From the NCBI GenBank assembly GCA_964582475.1, contig CAZOQS010000004.1, forward strand, positions 63,489 to 127,488: a stretch of DNA of 64,000 bases. Reading direction: 5' to 3'. The notes beneath the pieces are model-generated. The model worked only from the letters and a program-made list of their open reading frames with translations, did no database searches and was not told the origin of the DNA. The position numbers and the translations under genes are program-made. This document shows, one piece after another, positions 63,650-64,000 of this stretch (position 1 is the first letter of the stretch; the number at the start of each line of letters is the position of its first letter). Origin of the DNA: an uncultured Gammaproteobacteria bacterium. GTDB lineage: Bacteria; Patescibacteriota; Patescibacteriia; 2-12-FULL-60-25.

Positions 63650-64000
63650 TTATCTTCCTCCACGCATCATCATGCCACGACCTCCAGGACCTTTTGCTCC
63701 GTTTGAACCACCTGGGCCCCGTCCACTGCCATGGCCACCCATTGGACCAATGTGCGCAAACTGTTCAGGGATTCCATTGGTTGTCGCCCATTGCTTGAGT
63801 TCATCCATTTTTGTTTTCATGGCAGCTTGGCGCTCGGTTTCGGTTTTGTCTTTCAAACTTTCCATAAACGTCTTGAACTCCGCCTGCTTCGTGGTGATGA
63901 GGTCAGCCTGTGCTTGTGTGAGTTTGCCGTTTGTTACCGCTTGAGCAAGGCGCGTCTTGAGCGCTTCTGTATGCTTTGCGCCTTTCTCTTGCTGCATTTG
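63650..64000 (-). CDS. Hypothetical helical protein with a Gly-rich C-terminus (may continue beyond the window)
   Basis: The ORF is open to the window edge. An ATG at 63997 is possible. It has repeated Q/A/K-rich helices and a GGHGSGRGPGGSNGAKGPGGRG tail. A hairpin terminator lies at about 63590-63625. Confidence 0.5.
   Translation of the reverse strand, partial: QMQQEKGAKHTEALKTRLAQAVTNGKLTQAQADLITTKQAEFKTFMESLKDKTETERQAAMKTKMDELKQWATTNGIPEQFAHIGPMGGHGSGRGPGGSNGAKGPGGRGMMMRGGR

Overview
The window is a gene-dense bacterial segment. Hand counts of sample 60-nt rows give about half G+C (33/60 at 28021-28080, 29/60 at 50221-50280).

Its core is the conserved str/S10/spc ribosomal-protein superoperon: rpsL-rpsG-fusA-tuf-rpsJ...rpsE-rplO-secY-adk-map at 28.0-46.0 kb. 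A secE-nusG-rplK / rplA block sits on the minus strand at 15.8-19.2 kb.

Several features suggest a Candidate Phyla Radiation (Patescibacteria)-like organism. I treat this as inference:
- there is no rpmD (L30) between rpsE and rplO
- a DUF4012 protein is present
- lamin-tail-domain and CARDB surface proteins are present
- a CPR-type VirB2-like pilin domain is present
- many ribosomal proteins carry low-complexity extensions

Three tRNAs are present: Gly-GCC, Pro-UGG and Pro-GGG. I saw no rRNA and no CRISPR array.

Main observations:
1. Five single-gene islands are markedly GC-rich (38-47 G+C per 60-nt sample row), and each has a canonical GGAGG Shine-Dalgarno. Host genes have pyrimidine-rich, SD-less start contexts. 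One island (cdsA) is wedged on the opposite strand between rplK and rplA.
2. A large-serine-recombinase element abuts tRNA-Pro(GGG). It carries a VanX-like D-Ala-D-Ala dipeptidase plus an M23 peptidase.
3. An msrB gene has both a 1-nt frameshift and an in-frame TAG. It lies next to an intact DipZ/thioredoxin extracytoplasmic redox operon.
4. A triple GTTC-N7-GTTC direct-repeat operator overlaps the lexA promoter.
5. A shared ATGTnAAG-N4-CTTTACAT palindrome occurs at two promoters flanking an XRE regulator.
6. Strong hairpins and terminators lie inside the ribosomal operon, including a 213-nt structured rpsJ-rplC spacer.

All functional calls rest on motifs I could read in the translations. No database search was possible.
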